Shown here one piece after another: positions 20,301-32,300 of a stretch of 64,000 nucleotides of DNA. A program made the translations under genes and the position numbers. Origin of the DNA: Pirellulales bacterium (GTDB taxonomy: Bacteria > Planctomycetota > Planctomycetia > Pirellulales > JAICIG01); the NCBI GenBank assembly GCA_035550375.1, contig DASZPH010000107.1, positions 23,245-87,244 on the forward strand, given 5' to 3'. The notes beneath the pieces were generated by a model. That model worked only from the letters and a program-made list of their open reading frames with translations. It was not told the DNA's origin and made no database searches. Position 1 is the stretch's first letter, and every line of letters begins with the position of its first letter.

Positions 20301-23300
20301 CGGCACGGTGATCGTCGCGGTCGGCGCGGCCTGGATGCTGCTGTTGGAGAGCGATTGCACCAAAACAGTGACGGTGCCTTGGCCCGTACCTGTGGCGTTG
20401 ACCTGCAAGAGAATCGCTCCGCTCGCCAGGCCGGGCAAGATGAAAAGCGGCACGCTCTGCGTCGGCTGGCCGTCGAGGCCCACGAGATTGGCCGTGATCG
20501 GACCGGTGGTGCCGACAATCGTGGCCGAATAGGAGTCTTCGGTGTTCCCCGTGTTGTTGACTTGCAAGAGGAAAGACGTCTGGCCCGGCACCACCAGCGT
20601 CTGTTGGGCCGGATTGAAGGCCGCCGTCATGCTCTGCGTCGACGCAATCGACAGATCCGCGGTCGACTGGGCCTGCACCGAACTGTTCGTCTGCGAGGTG
20701 GCGATGCCGGTCAGCGGCATCGCACCCGCGTCGGCGAAGTTGGCTGCAGTCGTCGTCACCGGCACCGTTTGAGACGCTCCCGGTTGCAGCGTCACTTGGT
20801 TCGTGCCTAGCGTTGCGACCAGCGCGCCGGCACTCGCCAGTGACAGGTTGAACGTGTCGGCGGTCTGTCCCGTGTTGGTGACCTTCAATTGATACGTGCT
20901 GCCCGGCACAGCCGACGAAGGTGTGAGCTGAACCTGTACCCCCTGCGCCAGCACGCTCACCGTGCCGCCAGCCTGCGCCGACACGGTGCCGTCCGTAGCC
21001 GACGTGGCGGTGATGGTGAACGGGTAGTCCTGTGCCGTCGCGCCGGCCGGTGGCGTGACCGAGAACTGGATGTCTCGGAAGTTGCTGATGCCAGGAGGAA
21101 CGGTAATCGTGGTTTGCGAGAACGTGCCCGTGAAGCCTTGCGGCAGAGCGGCCGCGAGATTGTAGGTGTCGGTGGTGTCGCCCGTGTTCGTGACGGTGAG
21201 CGTGTAGATCGCCGGGTTCGTCTGGCCGGCAACCGCGTGCGTGGGCGTGAGCGACAGGTTAACGGCCAGCGCGCTGGTTGCCACGTTGGCGCTGACCGTG
21301 AGCTGCCCCTCGACCGAATCGGACGCGCCCTCCAAGGTCTGGGCAGAAACAAGAAATGCCTGCATCCCTTGCAACGCGCCCAGTGGCACGCTGATCGTAA
21401 GCGGCACATCCACGGTCTTGCCGGCGGCCACGGGGACGCTAACGGCGAGCGTGGCGTTCTCACCGGCCGGCAACCCATCGATGGAGAGCGTGTACGTTTC
21501 GTCGGTCGGCAGCGGGTTCGACAACTCCACCGTATACGTGGCCGTCGCGCCTTGATCGACGGTCTCGGTGGGCGGCGTCAGCTCGATGATATGTTGCGCG
21601 GCGACGACAACCGGGGGCAAGTTGATAGAAACCGGAATTTGTGTGCCGTCGGTCGCGGTGACGGTCGCCGTCACGGTCGTGCCCTCGCTGATCTGGCGGA
21701 CTTCGCCCGGCGCCATGTTCGTCACCTGCCCGGCGAGTTGGAACTGGTCGGTTTCCGGCTGGCCGGGGGTGAAGGTGGTGTTCCAGGTCACATCGCTGCT
21801 CGAGAACGACGACGGATTGGGGGTGATCGACGTGGGGTTCACGTCATACCCCGTGGCCGGCAACTGATGCGTGACGGTGACCGGAATGCCCGCGCCGCCG
21901 AGCCCCGACAGAGGCGCCACGTCGTCGAGATCGGTGGCGAGGAACGGCGTGGCCACGAAGTTGCGCGGGTCGCCGATCAGGCCCGTGCCCGAGTAGTCAA
22001 CGACCAGCAGGTGACCGCCGTTGTCGGCCGCATAAAGGTGGCCCTTGCCGTCTTCCGCACCCTGGTCGAACTCAAAGCCAGAGCCGGGAAAATCCAATTC
22101 CGATACGATCTTGAGCGTGTTGGGGTCGATTTGCGCGACGCTGGCCGCGCCCACCAGGAACAGATCGCCCGTGAAAGGATCGTAAGTGATGCCGTGCGCC
22201 GCGGGAAGGTCGCTGTAGATGCGTCGGGTGGTAAATGTGGTCAGGTCGATCAGTCCAAAGCTGCCGTAGCCACCGGGGCCGCTCGAAACATAAAATGCCT
22301 GTCCCGAGTTATCGAACGCCAGGTGCGTGACTTGGGTGTCGTCCCCCGTAAGTGTTTCTACGGTCGCTGGTCCGAGCGGGTCGATCGGCAGTTTGTAAAG
22401 CGAACCGGGCTGCGGGCTCGTCCAGACATACTTGCCGCTGGGGTCGAGCGCCAAGTGCGCCCCGCTCACCTGGGTTTCGGTCGTCACGGCGCCCGTGTTG
22501 GGATTGATTTCGCTGGCCTCTCCGTCGGCGGTGAGCAGATCGCCGTTGGGCAGAAAGATTAGGCCGTCCGCGGGAATGTTTTGTACGATCGTCGCCGGCG
22601 TTCCCAGCGTCACGTTACCCTGACTGAGCGAGACGGCAACTTTGTCGACGCTGGCGGGGCCGCCATAGGTCGTATAGTACAACTCAATCGAGCTGGGCGT
22701 AACGGCAGCGGGATTGACGATCTGCGTCAGGGGGGTGGCTGCATCGTCGCTGTTGGAGAACTGCGAGCTGCCGCTGATGTAGAAGGCGGTAATCGAATGA
22801 GTACCGGCCGGCAAGGCGAGGGTCACAGTGGCCTGACCGCCGGAGAGCGCGATCGGCAGACCCTGATTCAATCCGTCGACCTGGAACTGGACGGATCCCG
22901 TCGGTGTGCCGGAGGAGGCGGTGACGGTGGCCGTGTACTCGACAAGCTGGCCGTAGTTGGCGCCACTGGGCGCGCTGGAACTGACGGTGGTCTGCGTGGG
23001 CGTCAGCGTGGCAGCTTGTGATTGAAGCACCAGGCTGCTCGTGCCCACGTTGGCCGAGTAGGCCACGGTAGGAGTCTCGGCCAGGTCGATCGCGCCAAAG
23101 CTTCCCGTCGTGCTGGCGTACGTGGCCACGGTGAAGTTGTCGCCCGCCGTTGGCGTGTAGCCATTCGTAAACTCGCTGCGAAGCATGCCGGCGAACGTCG
23201 CGGTGCCTGTCGCGGCAATCTGACCGAAGTGGCCGCTGGCGGGCGTTCCACCAAGCTGCACGTCCAGCGTGCCGGTGGCACTTTGCGTAAAGTTTCCGGG

Positions 23301-26300
23301 AACTCCCAGCGCGACGTCCGTGACTGCCCAAGTGGGCTCGTTGGCCGCCGTGCCACCGCCCAGCGTGCCGTTGTGCGCGCCGGCGCTGAGATCCTTGGCA
23401 GTGGTTCCGCTGCCGTCATTGAGCGGCCAGTAACCGATGAGGCCGCTTTCGCCGCCGGTTAAAAGGCTGGTCATGTCGCTCTGAATGTCGGCCTGAGAGC
23501 GTTGGACGTCGTACAAACGCACGTCGTTTAGCAGTCCGTTGTAGTATCGCTCGTAGCCGGGATTCAACGAATAGCCTACTCCAAAAGTGACGTTGCCGAA
23601 CTCACTGGGAAAGTTAGCGTTCGTCCCGCTGAAAACCTGGTTGCCGTTGAGATAGCCGGTGACTTGATTGGTACTCGAGTCCCAGGTAAGGGCGACATTG
23701 ACCCAGGCACCGGGCGTGAGTGAATTTGTCAGCAGAAATGAACTGAAACCAGAGCTGTCGTTGGCGGTGTCGCTGCCAAAGAGGGCGTACAGGGATTGTC
23801 CGTTCTCTTCGAAGCGGATGGCCTGGTTGCCACCCGACCCATTGCTGTTGGTCGGTCCGGTCGTGAGCACGTCCTGATAGCTCGAGACCGTGGTGGGCTG
23901 CATCCAGAAGGAAAGGGCACCCTGGGTCGGCCGCGCGCCGGTGTTGCCGACCTGCACGTAATCACTGGAACCGTTAAAGGCCAGGGCAGTCGTTTCCGCA
24001 GGCCGCAACGTGCCGGCCGTGGAACCACCTCCCAGTGTCAGCACGCCGTTGTTGGTAAAGTCGCCGGCGGTGGTGAACGTCGCGCCGGAAGTGATCGCCA
24101 AGGCGCCGTTGTTGGCCGCCAGGTTTTGGATGCCGGTGATCGACGAACCAGCGCCCTTGATGACGATGGTGGCGTAGTTATAGGAGACGTTGTAGTTCGT
24201 CGGAAAGCGGATGGCGCCGCCGCCGGCGGCGATCCAGGTGCCGCCGGTCAGATAACCGCTGCTGCTCGGGTTCGGCTGCTCGAGCTGTGTGACCCGTCCG
24301 GCGAAATCGGCGCTGCCGCCGTTGACTTGGAGCGTGCCGGTGTTATTGAACGTACTGTTTGAATCGAAGCTCAGCGTGCCGCCTTCCGTTTCAAGCGTGC
24401 CGGAGTTTTGCACGTCGGCGTTGCTGAACTTCAGCGGATTGGCCCCTGCGTCGACCGTGCCGCCGTTGATGAGGTCGCCCATGTCCAGTTCGCCGGCGAC
24501 GTCCGTCAGCGTGCCGCTGTTTGTCAGGGGCGCGGAGATAGTGGTCGTTCCGCCACCGTTGGCCGCGTTAATCGTGCCGGCGTTGCTGATGGCCGACGAG
24601 TAATTCCCGAAGACGAGCGACGCGCCTCCGGTGAGGCTGACGGTCGCCGCGGCCTCGTTCTTCAAAAGCACACTATCGTAGAGATTGACGGCAGACGGGC
24701 CTTCATCGGCGATCGTCCCCTGGTTATCCAACGTGCCGCCGAGGTCGGGTTTGTTGCCGCCGCTGAAGAAATCGTTGGCATAGAGACTGACGATGTTTTT
24801 GTTGGCCACCGTGATCGCGCCGGTGTTGGTGAGCGTATTGCCCTCGAGATTGATGCCGCCGCCCGTCCATTGGAACATTCCGGCCGGGAAGTCGAAGGTC
24901 GCGCCGCCACTGCCGATGACGATGCCACCGCCTTCCAAGAGCACCGTCCCGCCGCCGCTGCCGGTGAAGCCGCCGCTGAAGACGTTGCCGCTGCTATTGC
25001 CGGCCAGGTCGAGGGTGGCGCCGCTGGCCACGACAAAGTTCGTGCCGGCGATCGTGGCGCTGCCGTTCGTCGCCAGACTCAGAGTTCCGCTGTCGACCTT
25101 GATTTGACCCGTGCTTGCGAACCCGGCGGGAATGCCCGACGTGCCCGTGCCGGAGGTCTTCTCCAACAAGCCCCCGTTATTCATGACCGGCTGATTGCGG
25201 CCGGCCCAATCGATGCTGCCGTCACCGGCGAAGAGCACGCTGCTTCCCGACGGATTGTCGATCGTGACGCCGTCGTACAGGTAAAGCGCGGTGGTGCCCG
25301 CCAGCGTGATGGTGCCGAGGTTTTCGAGCGTACCGCCGAGGTTATTTTGCGTGGTATTGGCGGAGTACAGCGACTCGTTGGTGTTCGAGGTGTCGCTGCC
25401 CAGGGTGAGCGATCCGGAGTTGGTGAGCGTGTTGCCCAACAGGTCGATTCCGGCGTTGGTCCATTGGAACATGCCCGCCGGAAAATCGAACGTCGCGCCG
25501 CCGGCGCCGATGGTGCTGTCACCGCTCGACAGCGACACGGTGCCCGCTCCGCTGCCGCTGAGCGTGCCGCTGAACGTGTTGTTGCCGCTCAGGTTAATGG
25601 CCCCGCCAGCGGCGGCTGTGAACGTGCCCGCGTCGAAGGTGGCGCCGCTGCCTGTGTTGATGGTCGCTCCACTGCCTTCGGCGTTGAACGTGGCGGCGTT
25701 AAAACTCTCGCCGTTACCAAGGTTGATGGTCGCGCCAGATTGGGCGTTAAAGCTGGTGCCGTCGAAGCTGTCGCCGCCGACACCCAGCGCAAGCGTGCCG
25801 CTGTCGGCCTGGAACGTCCCGCCCGTGCTCGTCAGCGGCAGTGCAATCGATGACGTCCCCGTGCCGCTGGTTTTCTCGAACGTGCCGTCATTGACCACGA
25901 TCGGGCTAAAGCTGCCGTTGCCGATACCGACGTCGTCCGCGAACTGCCATGTGCCGCCCGACGTGTTGTCGAGCGTGACGCTGTCGTAGAGATATAGTGA
26001 TCCCGATTGCTCGACGACGGTCCCCTCGTTGTAAAGGGTGCCCTTCAGGTTGCTCGTGCCGGTCGGACTTCGTGAATCGAGGTAGACCGTGCTCGACAAG
26101 TTCATCGTGCCGGTGTTGAAGAGCTTCCCTCCGTCGAGGTTCAGCACGCCACCGTTTGCCCACGACAAACTTCCCGCGATGGTCGCTCCGCCGCCCATGG
26201 CGAGCGTGTGACCTCCACTGAGATTGACCGTGCCGTCGATCTCGGCGCCCGAAGAAACACTCAGGTCCCCGCCCGTCACGGCTAATGTACTGCCCGTTTT

Positions 26301-29300
26301 CACGAGCAGGCTCTGGGCCGCCTGGTTGCCCGTTTCGACCGTAATCGTCAGCCCCGGAGCGTCGATCGTCACGTTGTCAGTGGCGTCGGGAACGTGTTTG
26401 GTGTTGGTGGTGGTGTCGAGCCAGTTGGCGGCCAGGTCCCAGTTGCCGCTCGCCGGCCCGATCCACTTCACGGCGTCACCCGCCGGCGGATTGAACGCGG
26501 GCGGCGTGGGAGGAGCCGGCGGGGCGGCTGGTGGATCAGCCGATTGTGGTTGCACATTCGTTGGGGTGTTTTGGGTCGGCGTATTGTTGCCGCTCGTAGT
26601 ATTGGTATTGTTGGTCCCCGTGTTGTTGTTATTGGTGTTGTTCGTATTTGGGGTGGTGTTGCCGGTCGGGGGATCCGTATTCGACACGGTAATCGTCGTC
26701 GTCACCGTCGAGGTGCCTGGCGGCAGCGTGCTGGGGTTGCCCGACACGCTGGCGGAGATCGGCACTCCGACCAGGAAGGGAGCCTCAGAACTCTTGCCCG
26801 GCAGGGCCGTCCCGTCGGCCGCTCGTAGAGAAACTTCCAGGGTGTAAACCCCGTTGGCCAGACCCGTGGTATCGAGGTTGCCCAGATCAAAGTTCACGGC
26901 GCTGGCGGCGGGCGCAAGCGAGATCGGCACGTCGGGCGGAGAGGCCACAACCTTGTTGGTCGAGTCGAGCACCGTGAGGTGCGCGAGCACGCTACGCGAG
27001 GCGTTGGCCGTGTTGAAGATCGAGGCACTCACCGCGATAGGGGTGCCCGCGTTCGTGACGGAGATGGGATTGACCGTCACGCCCAGCACGTCGGCTGCGG
27101 CGGCGCGCACCGCGACAACGGCCGTGCCGTCGTGGGAGACGGTCGCCAGCGCTGAATCGGTGCTGTCGGTCGCTTTCACGTCAAGCGTGAAGATGTGTGT
27201 CGAAACGAGGTTGCTGTTGAGCGTCAACGGCACCGTCTGGCTGGCGCCCGGTTGCAGCGTGATTTGCGTCGGGCCGAGATTAGCCGTCACGCCGTTGGGC
27301 AACGCCCCGGTGCTAAGGGTAAGCGTCACCGGTTTGGGGCCCGTGTCGGCTACCGTCACCGTAAGGTTCTTCTGCTGATTGGCCAGCGCCGGCAGGTCGA
27401 CTTCGTTGGGCGACACACTGATCGTGAATTGCTCGCTCGCTTCCACGGCCAACACCGCATCCACGTTCTGGAAGAACGTCGGTAGTGCGGCCAACAGATC
27501 GGTCACGTCGCCGGAGTTGGCGTCGGCCTGAAGCGGCGCGAGCTGCGCGACGAACGGCGCCAGGGCCGGATCGGCCGCCAACTCGGGGCTGAGGTTGTTC
27601 AACAGGAGCCGCGTGCGGCTCAGGAGATTCGGGTCGCTGGGGGTGGTCTGAAGCTGCGAGATGCTGTCGCTCAGCTCCGAGAGCGTTGCTGCCAACTGCG
27701 AACTGCCCGCCGACCCTGCGTCCACCGCGGCCTGCGAGATGGCCACCGTCTGAGCCGAACGCACCAAGAGCGGAATCTGCACGCTTTGCGGCGCCTCGAT
27801 GGCGACGACGTTCAAGGCCGGAAGCGTAATGCTCTCGCTCGTTCCGCTTTCGGTGAACTGCACGCTGGCGCCGGTCGCGACCTGCTGTATCTCACCCGGC
27901 AGCAGGTCGCTGGTCGTGGATTGCCAGGTGATCTGCTGATTGTCGCCGGGAGCAAGGCTGAGCTTCCAGATGAGGGCCGTGGAATTCGCGCCCGGCACGA
28001 TCTGCGTCGGCGGCGTGCTGAAGGAGTTCAGGTTAATTGTCGCACCGGTATTCGGCACGTCGACTTCGGCAGTTACCGACGTCGTGGTCAGCGCATTGGC
28101 TTGCAACACTTGCAAGCCGTTGGCGCTGGCGGCCAGTAGTTCGCCGCCCAGGGCGGCCAGGCCCGAAATCGGCGAGCTGACGGTAAACGCGTCGATGGCC
28201 GGATTGCTCGGCGTACTGGCGTCGACGGTGAGCATGACGAAGGCGCCATTCAACAGCGCGTCGGTTACAGCGAAACGATTGTTGCCCAGGCTTACGGCCT
28301 GGAAACCTCCGAGACTGTTCTCGCCATAGCTGGCGAAGGTCTCCTGCGTGACAACGGTTGACCCGATGATGGTGGGGCTGGCCGGATTGGAAACGTTCAG
28401 GAGTGTCAGTGTCAGGTTTCCCGTCAACTGAGAGTTCGATAAGTCGCCGAACGGACTCAACAGCCCGCCACTGCTTCCGACGACCAGCGCGGTGTTGCCG
28501 TCGACCGCGATCGCCGTGGCCACGACGGTGCCGGGCAGGTCAAGCTCGCCACTCACCGAGAGATTGGCCGGGTTGTTGGTGTTGACGATCAGCACTCGGC
28601 CGACGCCGGTTTGAGTATCCGCGCCGCTCGAAGTGCTGCCGACCAGATAAGCAAGCTGGCCGCCGGCTGGGGCAAATTGCGACTCGAACCCGGCATGGCC
28701 GTTGGGCGCACCAAGGTCGTTGAACAGCACGCCGTCGAATTTCGGCGATGTTGGGTTGCTGAAATCGACCGCCGCAAGGTCGCCAAACTGGCCGCTGACG
28801 GAGCCGCTCGACGGATCATAGTTGTACGCCGCGGTGGGAAAATACGCGGTTGTCCCTTGCAAGGACATGCTGGCCAGCGATCCGTAGGGCACGCTGACGC
28901 TACCGGCGAACTGCGGATTCTTGGGATCGCTGAGCGTGTAAACGAGCACGTCGAAGCTCGTGGCGCCAGCGATTTGACGCGTGGCGACGACCAGATCGTT
29001 GCCGGAAACCTGAACAAAACTGTCACCCCCGCTGATCAGCTTGTCACCGCCAAACGTGCCGACGATTTTGGGATTCGACGGATCGCTGATATCGACGACG
29101 TTAATATCTTTAGTGCCGGCCACGTAGGCGAGCGTGCCGTTGACCGCGACACTCGAGGCGGTGCCGTCGGTCAGCACGCTGCCCAAACTGGGCTGATTCG
29201 CGACGGTCAGCGTGCTCGTCACGATATTGACGCCGGGAGAAGCCTGTTCCGCGTCGACCGACAAGCCGGCCGCGACGGGGGAGTTGATCAGAAGCGTTCC

Positions 29301-32300
29301 CGTGCCTGTCGCGCCCGCGATCGCCTGCCCGCCGATCTCCGTTATCGATACATGGACGGTATAGAATCCGGCGGCCAAGGCCGCCGTCGCCATTGTGCCC
29401 AAATCGACCGCGTCGTCAGCAGGCAGTGCGCCCAGGGCGACGGTGACCGGTGTCGACATAAACACGGTTGTGCCCGTGCTATCCGTGACCGTGTAAGAGG
29501 CCAGCGCTTTCCTAGGACTCGTGACGCCGGCGAGGATATCGGTTGTCACATCGACGGTCTCTCCAGGCGCGAAGTTTGCTGCCCCGGTCGCCCCTGTGCC
29601 GGCCTGCGGTGTAGCCGTCCCGCCGGCTCCGGCCAGGGCCGCGCTCACCGATACCACGCTCACCGTATCTGATGTTGCAGCCGGCCCCGCATTGAACGTA
29701 GCCGTCAATGTCGAGTTCAGCGCGGCACTTGCCGCCGGAGTTAGCGTAACCGTCTCCGTAGTCGATTGCCCAACGCCCACGCTAACCGGCGCGGTCGGCA
29801 AGCCGCTCGCCGTCAGGTTGCTATCGGTGCTGGACGATAGCGCCGCCTTGGTCGGTACGTTTCCGACGTTGGTGATCGTCACGGTCGCGGTGGCCGGCGA
29901 GCCTGGCGTGCTCGTCACGCTCGCGGGGTTGCTGGCCACCGTCACGGCATCGACTGCCGGCATCGTGAATGAGACGTTGACAGTCTGCATGATGGCTGGA
30001 TTCGTCGTGCTAGTCGCCGTTACCATAAATGACAAATCCGTCCCGGGAGGGGGCAGCGTCGTCCCGGTCGGCTGCAAATAAAGCCCCAAAATCCCCGTTT
30101 GGCCCGCCGGCACCGTGACGGACGTCGCGGTGCTAAGGATCGTGAACCCGCCTGGCACATTCGCGAACGTCAGCTTATACGTATCCGCCGCAGGGCCCGT
30201 GTTTCGAATCAGTGCCTGAAATGCTGACGGAACGTCAGCCCCGTTGAAGGGCACACCGTAGTAGGTGTCTGGCCGCACCGAAAAATTGGCCCCTGGAGCA
30301 GTCGAGGTAACGGCCACATTGACTGTCGATTGGGCCTCCAAGTCCGGATTCGTCGCCGACTGAACAAAAATCTGCACGGGGTAGGTGCCACTTTGCACAC
30401 CCGCCGCCGGCGTAAGAGTCACTAACCCTGTCGCACCAATGGCCACATTCCACCCCGCCGGCGCGCTGACGCTAAGCGAGTAACTGTCGCTGAACGAAGT
30501 GGAGATGCTTGGTTGAAAGGAGACTGGCGTATTTTGGTCGGCGGTCAGCGTATTCGGCGCTGCTGCCACGCTCATTACGTTCGACGCACTGCCATTTAAG
30601 GTGACGGAGTCCAAGCCCGCCGGTGCGCCAGGAGCTATCGCCAGTGTGCCTGTGTAGCCTACTAGAGCGACACCGTTCGTAAGGTCAACGTGGCTGCTCC
30701 CGACGTTAAGCTTTCCGGTGCCGTTACCCAAGTCGATTGTGCCATTCGCCACCGAGACGGAAGCAGACGCTGCATACGTCGGCGATGCGACGTCGCCGCT
30801 GCCAGCCATGCTCAGCGACGTCGCGCTAATGCCGTATTGTCCTGCAGGCAACGTAATGCCATTCAAGGTCAAAGAGCCAGTGTTCACCTCAACGCGGACG
30901 TTGCCCGTGACGGTAGCTGTGTATTCGGTCCACGTGCCGCCAACACCGAGGCTGTTCTCGGCCGGTCCGTAAAACGAGATCGCTCCCGCGCCGGTCATTT
31001 GATACTGGTCGTTGCCCGAGATGGTGGCTGTGACCAAGGACGCCCCGGACAACGTCACAGAGCCTGCGCCGACGGCGGCTCCAGTGGAATCAAACACGGT
31101 AGCGGACGTCGCGCTCAGCGAGCTCGTATGAAAAACACTTCCGCTGGCACTGTTGGACCAGGAAGCAGTGAGCGCCCCCGATGCGGAAACGGCAGAGGAG
31201 TCACCTTGACCGGTCAGCGGTCCTGCAGACAGATTAGCCGCGACCGTGAGGGGTAATTGCGCGGCGTTCGTTGTCGGTGAATCCAACTCGCCCGTTCCCC
31301 CTGCAATGTCGCCAACGAGGGCTGTTGGAAGAGGCGGATCCTTCGGCCCTGCGAGGTTGGCATGGCTGAGGGCGTTATGAATACCATCCTTCAGCCCGGT
31401 TTCTGCAGGGTCTTGGAGATCTTTATTTACAAACTTCAGGATGTGGTCAACCTCTTCGGCGAATGCTTTCGCCTTGTCTTTGGCATGCTTGAATGCCTCC
31501 TGACACTGCCTCTGCGCTTTCGCAGATTTGCTGGCAATCGCGGCCTGGTGGCACGCTACGTATAAATCTCCGATCAGTTGCCCATCGTTCTTAAAGTACG
31601 TGTATGCATTTAACGAGGCGACAATATAGCCAATTGTAACCAACGTACCCACGGTCAAGGTAACGGCTCCGAGCTCAACGAAACCATTGTGGAGGCCGTT
31701 TTCAGATACGCCGATTGTTTCGCCCGTCGTGGGGTTCACCTCAAGCCAGGCAATCGTTTCCTCGCCGTTCAGTGCGACCTCGCGTGTTGGTACGACAACC
31801 AGGTCGCCATCGGCAATGGCACTAGCGATTCTGGCTTTACCTTCTGCGGAAATGGCTAGTGAAGTGACAGCGGACGCGGTCGACGCGTCGAGGACAACCA
31901 AGGGAATGTTCTGGGCCGTCGCGGCACTCAAAACCGCTCCAGCCCCGCTTGCCGTACTTCCAGGCACGGCGGCCGACAGCACGCCTTCCTCGAGATAGGT
32001 GTCGAGCAGGCCACGCGTGACGTTGAACGACTCGATCTGCGATAGGTTTTGTCCGGGAATCGGGATTACGCGAAGCGAGTTGCGCGTGAGGTCGATGGAA
32101 GCATCGACCGACACGCTACCGTCCGCACTCTGCGTGACACGATGCGCGACGACCATGATTCGCGGACGGTCCTCATACGCTTTGACGAGCATGGAGTCCG
32201 ACAGCAATTGTGCGCTGTCGTCGGACTGGTCATAGAATGTCGAGCTGATCACGTGCGCCTCCTCGGCCGCAAGGTCGAGGATCGCGGTGCCGTCGGATGG

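Noticed and set aside
19242-29672. Long plus-strand ORFs inside the giant gene (19242..20126, 20889..22562, 24408..25853, 28611..29672 and others)
   Set aside because: All are antisense to the 5,527-aa ORF. They are Arg/Gly/Asp/Ala-rich low-complexity translations that mirror the Thr/Ser/Gly/Ala-rich sense frame, and they have no motifs.
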